This document shows positions 42,801 to 55,715 of a stretch of 64,000 nucleotides of DNA, one piece after another. Position numbers and translations under genes: made by a program. The notes below the pieces were generated by a model. It had not been told where the DNA came from. It ran no database searches and saw only the letters and a program-made list of their open reading frames with translations. Position 1 is the stretch's first letter; each line of letters begins with the position of its first letter. The DNA is from Fimicolochytrium jonesii (lineage: Eukaryota): contig NW_026515668.1 in the NCBI RefSeq assembly GCF_025526975.1, forward strand, positions 372,001-436,000, written 5' to 3'.

Positions 42801-45294
42801 CGGTAATGATGCTTTCCGATTCGTCATTTTGGGAATCGTCGTTGACAGCCGTATCCGCATTCGCATGGGAACGACCCTGCACATGGTCGATATGGGTTTC
42901 TCTCGATTCATTCGTTTGGGTGCCAGGTGCGATAGGTGAGTTCAATAGCTGGTTTGAGATGACTGCATCGCTCAACATGTCTTCCACCACTTCCTGTGAT
43001 TCCGGCTCCATCCCGTGCGCATTCAGTTCATGGGCCCTAGAATGAGCGCTCCGAACAGTTGAGATGTTCGCAGCAGAACTGCGTCGAGAAGGATTCCCGT
43101 CAGCGTGCGGAACCGTCAGAAACGCTTTTGCGCTTGCTGCGATGTCGTTCGACTGAGACTCCAAGTTCTTCGGCGTGAGGCTCTTTCCGCTGGGAAGCAC
43201 CGCTGCTGCGGGTTTTCGCGCACTGTTCGCCCGCGAATTGTTTTGTTGCGGTGAAATCTTCCCGATGGAATGTGCGGTCGGAGCGTCTGTAACTTTCGGG
43301 GCTTCCTTGTCTTTTCGGGTTGAAGATTTCTCAGCTGAATCTGTTTTTGCTGTTTTGCCCTTTTTCCGCGAACCATTTGCTTTTGCATCGGCTGCACGGT
43401 TAATATCATTCCCCTGGTGCTCTGCGAGCTTCGTCGCGGATGGTTTCGCGATACCGGCATCTGAGCAAACAGACGCAGGTGCATCTGCCTGAAGATTGGA
43501 CGGTAATGCTGCCTTCAGGCTGTGGTCCGCGATGGCCGTCACTGCTTCCGAAAGCTCGTCCGCATGTGTGTCCTCTGCCACATACTCAGCAGCAGCTTCC
43601 ACTTCACTCTCCGCTTTCGTTACAGGTTTTCTCCCCTGACATGCCCCAAAAAGCGCGACCACAATCGCCAGTAACACAAGCCTCAACGGACCTGTATCCG
43701 CCGAGGCCCTCGTTGCGTACTCCCACAACTCCGCCGCATTCCACGTGATGGTCATCTCTGGTATCCGCTCGCATAATGCCGTAAAGTATTCCCAGCTCCT
43801 TTCCTTTGATGGTTTGCCGGCTTTGTGGGAAGGAAAGTAGAGCTGAGCCGCTACGCACAGGACGTGGCCGGACATGAGCCCCGTTCCGAGGGTGTCTATT
43901 TCGCGTGGGATGGTCGGGTGCTGCTGAAGCTTGATTTTGCGGGCGGTGGAGAGACAGAGGTTGATCCACATTACGAGAGCGTCTTCGACGTCGTACGGAT
44001 AGTTGGCGGCGAGGGGAAAGTGAGGGAAGTACTGCCTGAAGAAAGGTGTGGATGTCATTGATTATGATTGGGGAACATAGGGATCGGCGTATCTTACCGT
44101 ATGTGGTTGACGACGTCCGGAATGCCAAGGTCCTTGCAGCTCGCAGCCAGCAGCGCCTCAATCAAGTTGCAATGTATAGACTGTAAAGGGAAAACGGTGA
44201 ATATCAACACTCAATCATCTTCAACAGGCTATCTCCCCGTCCACAAACCTCATAAAACGGCGTATCATCAGCAATCATGTCACTGATCGAATTTCTCAAG
44301 CTGGCCTTGAACTTGAGGTACCCGTGGCGAGTCAACAGGTCCAGGTAGTTTGATGTCGAGTCGTCGAAGATGATACTTGCGGCGCGCTGGTAGAGGTCGC
44401 CGCCACGGAGGGCGCTGATGAGAGTGCCGCGAGGAAGGAGTGTGAGGTTGCCTTGCTGGCAGGTCAATGTTGTGGGAGGGTGAGGTTTTGCGAGGATGTG
44501 CGACGGACGAAGAATCATCCCTGACTTACTGGGTCATCTAGCTCGACTAAAAAGCCCTCGATAATTGCAGACGGGGCAGTTGTTTCCAATATGTGAGCAT
44601 TGACATGTAGACATAGCCATCGAAGCGCTGGCTTGAATGAGAGCTGCAGATGCATGATTGAAGTTCAGGCAGGTTTATCAATCGTCCACTCATTGTTCTT
44701 CGGCGCGGGCAACGAGACATACTTCAGCAGCCTCATACCACTCATCACCACTCACGCCATCTCCATCTCCCATAAACTCGCCCAAGCCATGATCAACGCG
44801 CTCCTTCAGTCCCGACTCTGACCGAGCACCAGCAGATAGGTCAGGCGTAGGCGCCAAGCTGCTCTTCCGCGTCGCCTCCAAATCTGCGCGCATCCGTCTG
44901 AGTGCGCCGACAACCTCGCAGGACGCTTTAATGTCTCCATCTATAACACAATCAACTGTAGCTTCGGGGATCTGCTCATCGGAGAGACCAAGACACCTCA
45001 GGCCAGTAATCAAATCGGCCTTGATTTGTACTGATGTGTTGGAGCATTCCAGGGCTGCGGCGGATGAGTACCAGGAGAGATCTACGGCTTGCGGTGATAA
45101 GACGCTGATGATCTACGGGTTGTGGGTGAAAGGCCCGTTAAGCATTGATATCTTCGGATACAGTGAATGGATGGCAGTTGCAGACGCACCTGCAAGAAGA
45201 CAAACCCGCCTTGTAAATCATCCCAGGTGATATCTTCCCAGCTCAGAACCTCTGCAACCCAGCCGAGTTCGGCCCCGTGTTCAGGAAAAGACAT
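39807..45294 (-). CDS. CAMSAP: CAMSAP/patronin-like microtubule minus-end protein (C-terminal CKK domain) with an additional N-terminal CH domain
   Basis: CKK: SNRQLIRNALVHVCLAGSVNEK..E|DLATTDASHFVILF..FRGLYSY..GPDVL..YYKYDSGARIFKPVPTKSFGRSVHAVAI. CAMSAP-type N-terminal blocks PALRWLCLH, GGDLYQRA, DDTPFYE|SIHCNLIEAL and PYDVEDALVMWIN; long disordered middle and coiled coil. Confidence 0.88.
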
Positions 45295-47203
45295 CTCTCT
45301 CTCTCGCTCGCTGATGTGGAGGCTGCCAAACGCTATCGGGACGTGGATTGATCTGGTTTTCGGACGGAAGTGGGGAAACGCGAGGACGCGTTCCTTGAAT
45401 GCACAATCGACAGCGCGTTACCCGGCAATAGAAGACTCTCCATTGAGAAACTATAAAGTACGTGAAGTATCCTCGCAAAAAGCTGGCTCCCCCCCCAAAA
45501 TCAAGTCAACGTCGCGGCGTCTGACTCGGACTGTACATGGTTCAGGGTCGTATATAGATGTCCGTGCAGGTGAAACCATAGCTTCGATGATGAGCCCAAG
45601 GGACTTCCTAATTCGCAAGGAGTCTTCGAAACTCGACTAGAGCTTACAAACTGGGAGGGAGCATACGATGCAGTGCAACAGATAGCCCAGCACCGCTCGC
45701 TTCTAGTTTGTCTCGCGACTGCCGGGCTGGATGCCGCCTTGCAGCGGTAGGCTTGCTTCGTTCATTATGATCAGAGAGGTATATGCAGTGGATGTTGCTT
45801 TGCCCGCAATGCCGTACTCATCATATGACACCCCTCTTCTGCGGTGTTGGTAGGCTTAGCTTAAGTAGATGCCCAGTAAGGTGGCCATTTTCCCAACTAT
45901 TGTTTCTGCGAAAGCCAGCTTCTTGCCCATAAGCTCGCGGTACTGTCTGTATTTGGGATTGCAAAAAGTAGTCCGCTAGGATCTTTGGCAGCTGACTTAC
46001 GAAAGGGCTAAAGGAATGAATCCTGCCAGACTTCAGACGCCCGGGTGAATGTGGAAGCGCTGATTGGGATGGTGACCAAGCGTTTCTCGGCGCCGTACTT
46101 AGCTGGAAGCTAGAAGGGCCATACTCCGACACAGGCCCTGAACTAGCGAAAACCCTGGTCCCCGAAGAGACGCTATACTCAAAAATGCAGTTGTTCCGCA
46201 AATGTTCAAGTCCTGTACAGCACTCGCGGGCAGACCGCTTTTGGACATGTCAATCCTTTAGCACGCCTAGTTCCCAAGGGCGACTTTTGTACCCAACGCA
46301 AGGCAGAGGTTCAAAAACTTTCTGCTCCGCCATTGAACATGGATTTTATGTAGATCTTGTACCTGGGATACACGTACTATACTTAGTTTCCTCAGAAATG
46401 ACGTTCTGATGAGCAACAACAACGCCACACGGCCAGTCGGGTTTTGGGATCTCCTCTGTGCACACCGTCGTGGCGTCGCTAATAACACAAGTAATAAAGT
46501 TGACCGCCGTCGTTATTTGTACTCATACATACAATACTAGCTTCTTATGGCGGACGACGGGTTGACCCCTTTTGGTGGGGTCAGATGCCTGTTGAGGCTC
46601 AACAAAATCTTTCGCCAAATGCGCATGTTCTAATCAACTGTGTTAATCATTTGATTAAAATCTTGATCCTCAAGATGGGGCGGGGCGCCTCATGATGATT
46701 GGGAGCGGTATCGCATTTGCAAGTCTTTTGCAGCCAGCCACAAAGCTCCCTCTCACTCGCGCACGCCCAAACCCTCACACAAGCTCAGCTTAGGGAGCTC
46801 AGAAACATATTCACCCATTGGCCCGCCTGTCAGTCGCTTTCTCATCGCTCACTGGTTGTATAGTAAGCAAGCCGCAACAGAATATACAAGAGTTGTCCGT
46901 ATAGAGGAGGGCATGCTCCAATACTAGTCCCTCTCACATAGCGGCTGCCCGGCAGAAGGAGGCTACCCCTTTACTGGCCTTGCGACGCTGTCAGGTACGG
47001 TATTTTCCTCCGAAGTCAGGCTGTCTAAGTTGCGGTGGCGGATTGACGTCGAGGAAGTCGTTCGTTCATACTCTCTCATATCAGAGTTTCTTATTATATA
47101 AACCCCGTCATAACGAGGCGGAAGGTTCGGCCAGCGACGTTCGTCTTCTCCGACTCGCCATTCCCTGCTTTAGACAGACTCCGATAGGGGAACCAATTTG
47201 GAC

Positions 47204-50200
47204 ATGAGTAGTCCTGTCCCATCCTCAGAGCTGTCAACTTTTTCCATCTCCGGCAAGCAGCTCGCGGACGCTGGCACACAGACTGACGGCGAATTCGCCG
47301 TTTGCGACGCAACAGCCACACCAACACTAAATATCACTTTACCGACTACGTCACAACTGTCTATCGTCCGCATCGAGGAAAGCAACCCACAGGGCAAAAC
47401 GGAAAACAACCGCCGAATGTCTACCATCATAGTGTCGTCAAAGCCTGGCGGCGCTACTCTGGAAGGTGGTTCTGGCGACGACAGGTCGATCGTCTCTATC
47501 AACGTGCCAAAGCGGTTTTCTGTAAGTTCTGTGTCATCTATGAAATTTGCGGAAGACGCCGGTCGGCGTGACCACCGGGGCTCGAGAACGGGCAGTATCT
47601 TTATCACGCACGGGGACTCGGAGGAGATTTTGGCGATAGACGTTGTACCGACGGCGGGAGCACCTGATGTCAAGGATATGTCTACGGCTGCGAAAGACGC
47701 GCACGAATTCAAATACCCTGACCAACGTTCGGAGGAGAGCGTGCCTGCTCCTGCATACGAAGAAGTCGTCGGATCTCATTCAATATCAGAGCCACCTGTT
47801 GCTCAAGATACTCTGAACTCGGAACCCGCTGCTGTAAATCCGAAGGTTCCGGAAGAAACCAATGTTGAATCCAGTGTCGTGGAAGTAATCTCGGAAGGAA
47901 TACAAACTGCGAGTGAGATTTCCCCTCAGGATATGACCTTGGACTCACCCAAAGCGAATGAGGGTTCGCTCAAAACAAATCTGTCATCTTTGCCAAAACT
48001 TCCACCTCTCGGGGTAAGCCTATACTTTCCGCACTATACGTATTATCTGACTTGTACTCATTGCGCTAATTTCCGCTCATGCCAGACGAGGGACTTTATC
48101 TCACAAGTTGAGATTGCCAAGGGCATCCAAAGGCAACTTGAGGACTGGCCTGTCCTAAAAGCTGGACTTTTGTTTCGGAAGCCGGTTCCTTCGTCGTCAT
48201 CTTCAAGGAGTCTTCACAGCTCATCCACCTCGCTACAATTACGTGCTCCGGAAAGATCGTCCGCTCGCAGAATCTTAGGGAGGTCGCTGGGCTCGTTGCT
48301 GAAAGGCAAGAGGAAAACCCGCGAAGTCCCGAACTTCAAAGCGACATTCTTACCCGAGGAAGACGAATGGAGTCTCTACTACGCCGAGGTCCGGGGACGG
48401 TATCTGGTATTCTATGTTCTTCAGCCCATGATGGGTCAGCAGGAGAGGGGCGGTAGTGGCACGCTCGTCCGTCAGAGCTCAAGTTTATCCGTTGGCACGA
48501 GGGACTCCAGCTCCTCGACTAGGCCGTTTAGCAAATTTCTCAAATCATTCGCCAAAAAGTCCCAGGCGTCATTGAGTTCCCGGAAAGTGTCGAGAGACAG
48601 TCTGGAGCGTGTATCCTATGAATCCAGCCGTGCGTCATATGATCAACAACGAAGCTATCTTTCGCATTTGACACCGGAGGACCTTAAGAATGCACCGGTA
48701 AGTCCAGATTCTCCGAAGCAGTGACGTCAAATGAATGTTCTAGCACTAAACGTCCATTGTATCCAGCGAACCTTGGTGCATTACATTCCCCTGCACACTG
48801 CCACAGTGGACGCCGTGCACTCCTCTAAACCTGGATCGACGTCTGCCTATGCCAGCACCAGCTCGCTCACGGGAGGATCTATACTCGTTCTAAGCACTCT
48901 CCCAGTCGAACATCCAGAGGAGGATACAAGAGAATACCTCCTACTTGACGTCATCCTGCATGAGGATCTACTTGATGTCAACAACGAACTTACTGTATCG
49001 ACGGTCAATTCCAACGTACGCGATGCACAATCTACATTGCGTCAAGTGGAACTCTCACATTGGATGGGTGCCATTCAAGAGGCATCTGATCTGTCTCCGC
49101 CAATGGATGAACCTACACCGGGCTCGGACAAGAACTCTAGCTCCAAATCCCTGCCGGACCTAATGCAGGAAAGGAAGATGTCAAGGGAGAGTCTGTCGCC
49201 GGTTGCCCGGACGCCAACGGACCAGACCTCTATTAGCGCCAAAAGCTTGCATGTCAGCCCGTCTCACGGGGGTCTTGCGAGTATTCAGGAATCGCCTAGC
49301 GCCTCGCAGTATGCAAAAGGCGTTTTTCGCAAACATTCTAGGACACCTACGGAAGGAAGCCTGCCATCGCTGCATCAGCTGTACTCTGACAGCCTGTCAT
49401 TCCGTCAGACGGCGAGAAGTGAGGTGCTTAGCTCCTCTGCGTCAGTTTCAGAGCACCCGATTTCCGGATCAAGGGAGCTTCAACCACCCGCGCTACCGAA
49501 ATCCTTCGCAAAGCTCTTCAGCAACAAATGGCGCAACACCTTCGATAAGGATGCACCTCGTGCACGACCCGTCATCTCCGGTCCGACGAACTTCACAAAA
49601 GTCGAGGTCACACCGGCAACACTTCTGGGTCAGGCCGCCGCTACTGGTCCGTCCTCGCCAACGAGCCCGGTGTCAAACGTCCAGACGGCGGAAGGCTCAG
49701 ACGCACCTCCGAGCGCTGAGGCGGTCGTGAAGGAAGAACAGAAGAGGTCTGGATGGAGAGGGCTACACCGGAAACCTGTTGAGCGAGAAGAGATCAGAGA
49801 CCGTTCCGGAAAGAACAAGGAGAAGGAAGGCAAACGTGAACCTGGGAAACGGAAAGACAGCAAAGCGGGACTTTCGCCGCTGGTCATCTCCAGTCCCATA
49901 CCTCAGCCTACGAACTCCACACTCCCCTTGCAACAGCGGGACAATTCCCACCCGACAGACACCCTCCTCAGTCTCGCCCAGCTTCAGCAATCCAACGCAG
50001 GATTCTCCACCAAACCAACGCCTCAGCCGAGCGTAGCAACCTCGAAGCTCTTCTTTCCTTTCTTCCACAAGAATCTCTTTGCAGGCAAAGAGAAGGAAAT
50101 ACCGATAGTGATCTCACCTGCCGCCGAGCGTTTGCAGCGGTCGGGCACCGTGTCGTCGAGGGCGTCTACGATGAGGCGACGGGTTGGAAGGGCCCGTCCG

Positions 50201-51985
50201 GAATCGGCGGAAACTATGTCGAGCGATCGGGGGACGATTGGGAGTGCGTTCCGCCGTGCTGAGGGGGAGGTCCCACTTACGTTGAGGAAGTGCATTGAGT
50301 TGGTTGAGGAGATTGGTAAGAGGCCTGTCAGCATTTTCCTGATACAACGGACAGCTTCAAGTCTAACTATTCTTCCCGTGCGTAGGATTGACGACGGAAG
50401 GCCTCTACAGAATATCTGGTAGCGCAGCCACCGTCGAGCGACTTCGACGGCTTCTCGCCCTCGACCCCAAACGGGTGCACCTGCAGAACCAGCAAGTGTC
50501 GGGATCGCCAACCATCACTTCTCCCGTCCTCGACTTTGTCGCTGGAGCGGAGAAGCCTTTACATCGCGCGTCACAGCTGTCCTTCACCGAGACGGTGTCG
50601 AGCTCACGGTCCAGTTTAGAAATGAAACGCGCTTCTGGAGAGCATCGACAGCCCGCACGAAATCGCCGACTGTCCACCTCCAGCATACCCTCCGGTCTTG
50701 GCGGATTCTCGGGTTCCTCGCTCTATGACAATGACATTCATGTGGTGACGGGCGTGATCAAGGGTTTTTTGAGGCAGGGTCTGGGATCAAAAAAGATTCC
50801 ATTGTGTACATTTGATTTGTACGAGGGGTTCATATCTGCTACCCGTAAGTCTTGCTTTTGCCCCACAACTGATCGACACAAGTATATTTAACCTATTGGT
50901 CTACAGAAATCCAAGATTGGCGCACTCGCATGATTGCTCTACAAGACATGGTTCACAACCTCCCACCGAACCATCTCGCCACTCTCAAATATCTATGCTA
51001 TCATTTACGACGGGTCGCAGCAGAATCCGACAAGAATCGCATGACAGTCCGCAACCTGTCGATCATCTTTGGGCCGACGCTGTTACGTCCGCCACCAGCA
51101 CTCGACAACATGGCGCGCATCATTGAAGACATGCCGTTCCAGTGTACCATGGTGGAGACCCTTATCGAGCAGGCTGACTGGGTTTTCGGACCCATTGAAT
51201 ATGAGGAGGTTGAGGAGGAGATCTTTGCTCCGGGAGTGGAGGCGTCGTTTTTGGAATGCGATGTGCAGACCTTGGACGAGGCGTCTGGTGGGGGGGTCGA
51301 TGCGGGCATCGACGACTCTAGGGAAGGGGATGTTGCGGATGAAAAGGATCCGAGCGATGACGCGAAAGAAGGTGAGGAGGGTGATGGAGAGGCTGACGCC
51401 ACGGCATCTGTGGATGGCTCAAATGTTGACTCGAACGTCGGCGTCGTCGGTGTCGATAACGACCACACACCGACGGAGCCAACATTTTCCGACTCCAACG
51501 AGACGTTGACGTATACCCCGACCACCGGCGGCCGGCTGAAACAGACACCGAGCAGGCTAGAACGCCGGCGAGGCAAGGTCCTCCCTGCAACCTTCCTCGA
51601 TGGCCTGCAGATGGACCACGCTGCCACCACGTCAAGTCGGCACCCGCATGTCAGCAACCTCTTTGACGCGCACTGCATCACTCCAACGGATAAACCCCTT
51701 CCGTCCCTCGCAGCAGCAACAGCAGCAGCAGCAGAATCGCGGCCAGTCGATGATACAGACCCGCAATCACCGCCGCCGGTGCCTCCGAAAGAAGACATGC
51801 CTGCTAGCTGGACCCCCACAGAAGATCTCAAAAAGCGTGTCTCGCAGGCACCGCCCCTGTCGCCACCACTTGATTCGCCTGCCCTCACGATGGAAACGGA
51901 AAGCAGTGGGACCGCGACACCACCGCGGTTGAGCTTGAACTTGGAAGCGTCGCGGAAATCGTTTCTGAGCCAGCTTATTCAATGA
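47204..51985 (+). CDS. RhoGAP with split PH domain
   Basis: PH elements VLKAGLLFRK..WSLYYAEVRGRYLVFY..ELSHWMGAIQEA. RhoGAP VPLTLRKCIELVEEI|GLTTEGLYRISGS (Arg finger), DIHVVTGVIK, LPPNHLATLKYL..NRMTVRNLSIIFGPTLLR. Confidence 0.92.
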
Positions 51986-53408
51986 CGGCTTCTCCTCGAA
52001 CGGCGTACCTCGATCCCTCCCCATCACATCCCTCTCAACTCCCTCTCGCAATCGGCGCGCAACCTACAATCTTTCCCCGCTCCTCACTGCCCTGACTCCT
52101 CCGTTCATTAATGACTACACCTTGACTAGTTTCACATAATTCCTAACCCCATTTGTATATTTCTTCTTCGCCCCTCCCATTCTCTCCCCCATCCACCCTC
52201 CACACATGCATGGATACCTGTGTTCCTTTCCTTCTGCTTTTCTTGTATAATCTACTGTGCCTGGCGTATACACATTTTGACTTACATTCTGTGGTGCAAA
52301 AGAAAACGTCCCGAAACTTCATATTCATTTCGCAGTCTCACCTTCACAAGAGTAACTCTTAAATCAAGATGAAGGAAGGCTGCGTCAATTATCTTCCGAG
52401 TGTGTCTCCCTTACTTATGCACGTCTGCAATGTAGGTGCATGATAGGCGTGCGACATAATAGCAGATGCAGGCGGGGATGAGACGGGGGTACCATGGATG
52501 GGCGCCAAAAATGATTGCTTGAAATTGTCGTATGTCATGATGGATGTGTCGTAGAGCGGCAACAGTAGTCCTGTACAGTACAGTACGTCTGTGTGGAAAA
52601 ATGAACTCTGGTTGCCGACAGTGGGGTCCGTGACTTCTGCTGCGCCCTGTGCTACTCGTCATGCAATACGAAATAAGTCAGCGACTTATGCGCACGGGAT
52701 ATTTATTTTTCCACACCCAAAGGACATGTAAGCTTTACGTTCGAGACTTACACAGTCATGGTTGGCCCTTTCCCTCAGGCGTTGAGGTTTGAATCCGAGC
52801 CACCGAGGTGCAACTCAGTAACCCTCGCTCGAAGAACACTTAAACCGAAACACAGTACCAACCCAAGCCATGAATTAAGGTTTGCAGCACAGTAAATGGA
52901 GGGTCCCCGGAAAGTCCTCAGTGTGCAATGGAATGATTCGGTGCTAGACCGTCGTAAGCAAACGCGTCCAATCGAAGGCGGCGGCGCTCTACCTTGATCT
53001 ATGGGACACGCGCGTTCTGAAACTGGGGCATCAAATTCTGGATCGGGAATCCACGCCCAAACCACCCAAAAACGCTCGACTGGGACGGATTAAGGTGATG
53101 TTTGCGCTCAGGATCACTCCTCCTCCCAAACAGAGCATAAGATGGTGCCCCGCACAATAGCCTCCGAAATATGCCCTTTGGAGAAAGATTCCTTCCGCTT
53201 CATATACATAGGGCGAACCACCGGAGGGCCTCCCTGAAAAACAGACCTTGCGTAATTTTTTTACTCCGAAAGTCCTTCTTGAGGAAAGGTTGCTACGAAC
53301 ACGGCCGTTGTACAAAGGCATATCCGGTGTTCTCGTCCGTACAGCGCACATATAGCGACGTATTTGTACAGTACCTTTCCAGTTCTCTTCACCATCGGCC
53401 TCACCGGA

Positions 53409-55283
53409 ATGGGGAGCTCGAAGTCGATATCGGCGTACGGTTCCATCGTCAGTCTTCTTCTTACGACGGTCCTAGCACCGAATCATGTGTCGTCTCAAGC
53501 AGCTTGCGCGCCCAGCAACTATGTCGGCGTGTGCAGTCGAGTCGGGCTGCAGTCCGACGCCGGTTACCCAATATCACTTTCTCCCGCCGCCGCCGCCCAA
53601 GCCGACCAGAGCCTTACGCAATCGTCCGGCGGAACGTTCGCTTTGAAAGTGCTCTTGGTCAACTTCGAGTGCGGTGCAGCTCTGCAAGCTCTGATGTGCA
53701 CGCAGAACCTCCCTCAATGCGTAAATGGAATACAAAAAGTGACGTGCAAAAGCAGCTGCAGGCAGGTGGTTGACCTGTGCGTACCAATCCTCAAAGCGAA
53801 AGGGATAACGTACCCCTTACCGGACTGTGATGCACCTGCCGATGCAAACTACGCTCGGACAACGCAGTTCTACGATGACGAGATAGGAAACGTGATCAAA
53901 GCCGACAGCAATTGCGTGAAACCGGAACTGCTCCTTGCGAAAGCGTCAGCAAATTTCACTTGCCCTGAACCGTGGGTCAAGAACCCATACTATCCCGGTG
54001 TAGCCCCGACGCCATCTTGTCATGGGCCCTGCTGCCTTCCTTGCCCGGTCGGCAGGGTCTTCCAGCCTCCGGGCGTGTTCGACCTCGAAGTAAAAATTCA
54101 GCAAACGTTCCACCTGACCACATTCTTCCTGGCGCTCTACGTGGCAGTTTCGTACCTCGTCTTGCCAGGACGTCGGGAACATCCCGGTGACATTGTCTTC
54201 CACTTCGCGACGGCGGCATGCATTTGGATGGCAGTAGCGTTGTGGACGACGCCGAACGTGAAGAAGATTCAGTGTGCCGCCGACGGGGTCACACCATCCA
54301 CCGCTGCCAACAATACCCTCTGTGGGGTGCAAGCTGCCTGGGTGCTGGTCGGCGCCCATGCGTGTGTTTTGTGGGGAGCGTACATGATTTGGAACTTGTA
54401 AGTAGCTGGAGCGATTGTTGGATGCGAAGATGCGGGCTATGTTGCTGACATGCTATCGATATTTTCTCCCTACAGACACCTGACAATCGTCCACAAATCT
54501 AATCTCCTTGCCCGCTACAAACCGCTCGGCATTGTCGTCTGCTGGGGCACCCCACTGTTCCTCAGTCTGCTCACCGTTCTTAACAACAAGATCGACGCCT
54601 CCACCGGACCATTATGCTTCGTCACGTCCAATGCGGCTATCAAGTATGTCTTCGCCTTCCAAGGCGTCGTCGTCATTCCGACCGTCCTGGTCAACGCATG
54701 GACGTTCGTGCACATCGGGAGAATGGCACGCTTGACGAGCGGGGACAGCCGGAGTGGGCTTGGAAGTGACAACTCGGAGAGTGGGCTGACCGGGCGTAGG
54801 AAGCAGCAGTTCATGGCCCTGGTCAAGTTGAACTGGAGAGCCTTGTTGTTGGGCTGTGTGTTTTTGACCACATATGTCGCCTACTTCGTAAGTAATCCTT
54901 GCTCCCTGTTTGACCTTGACATCAGCATCCTTGAGAGGAGAAATACTCAAAACGTTCTCTTCCCTTCACAGACCGCCTTCTTCGTCCTGACCCAGTTGAC
55001 ATCCAGCGGCGATCCGCTCGCCCTCTCCTGGGTACCAGACTTCCTATTGTGCCTCCTCACGAACCCGCCATCAACATCTCAAGCCATTTGCACCACAAAA
55101 TTCTCCCAGTTCTTGCCCTCGGGAGCAGTAGTGATCAGCACGCATATCACGACCAGTCTCGTGGGCGTGTGGGTTTTCGTTGTCTTTGGATGCCAGCCTG
55201 CGCTTCTCCGGGATTGGAGGAGGGTCTTTGCGGGCAGGAAAGGAGCTGCCGCGGACCACAAGATGTTTATGAGCAGGGCGTAA
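53409..55283 (+). CDS. Frizzled/Smoothened-like 7TM receptor with 10-Cys CRD
   Basis: Signal peptide; CRD with 10 Cys (..ECGAALQALMCTQNLPQC..TCKSSCRQVVDLC..LPDC..SNC); linker CPEPW..CCLPCP; RREHPGDIVF after TM1; 7 hydrophobic segments over 3 exons. Confidence 0.85.
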
Positions 55284-55715
55284 GGGACACATCCACCGAC
55301 TGCTGATTGAAAGCATTAGTTTTGAGAACGAACGGCGTAATGCATTTTCTGACTCTTCATATTCCCAAGGTGCCTGAATTCTCCCTCCCAAGTTTTTGTA
55401 CATAACAGTCTCCCCGCCTCATGTTTTACGCATAGCGTTCAATTTGTATATATTTCCTCAGAATCTACAGTACATGTGTCACTTGGAACTTTGTATCGTG
55501 GGATAGGGAACGTCGATGGATGTAACTTCGCTGAACGTTTAGGTAAGCAAACTCGACAGCGCGCCTTCCCGGTACTGTCAGCAATCTTGAACGTTTGCCA
55601 ACAGAGGTAGGGTTGAGGCTAATACTCAGCCCCTCCGCTACGTCAAAAGGTGATAAGCAAGGATCTCGCTGCGGCAATCGTCTTCCAACCACTTGCACAA
55701 ATTCAACGATGTAGA

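Noticed and set aside
46692..46698. ATGATGA as a C-box of a snoRNA (also ~39777)
   Set aside because: No terminal stem, properly placed D box or rRNA guide could be supported by eye.
51001..51888. 295-aa minus-strand ORF (also 17413-18222 +, 42464-43045 +, 56258-56848 -)
   Set aside because: Antisense to well-supported genes, with no independent motifs.
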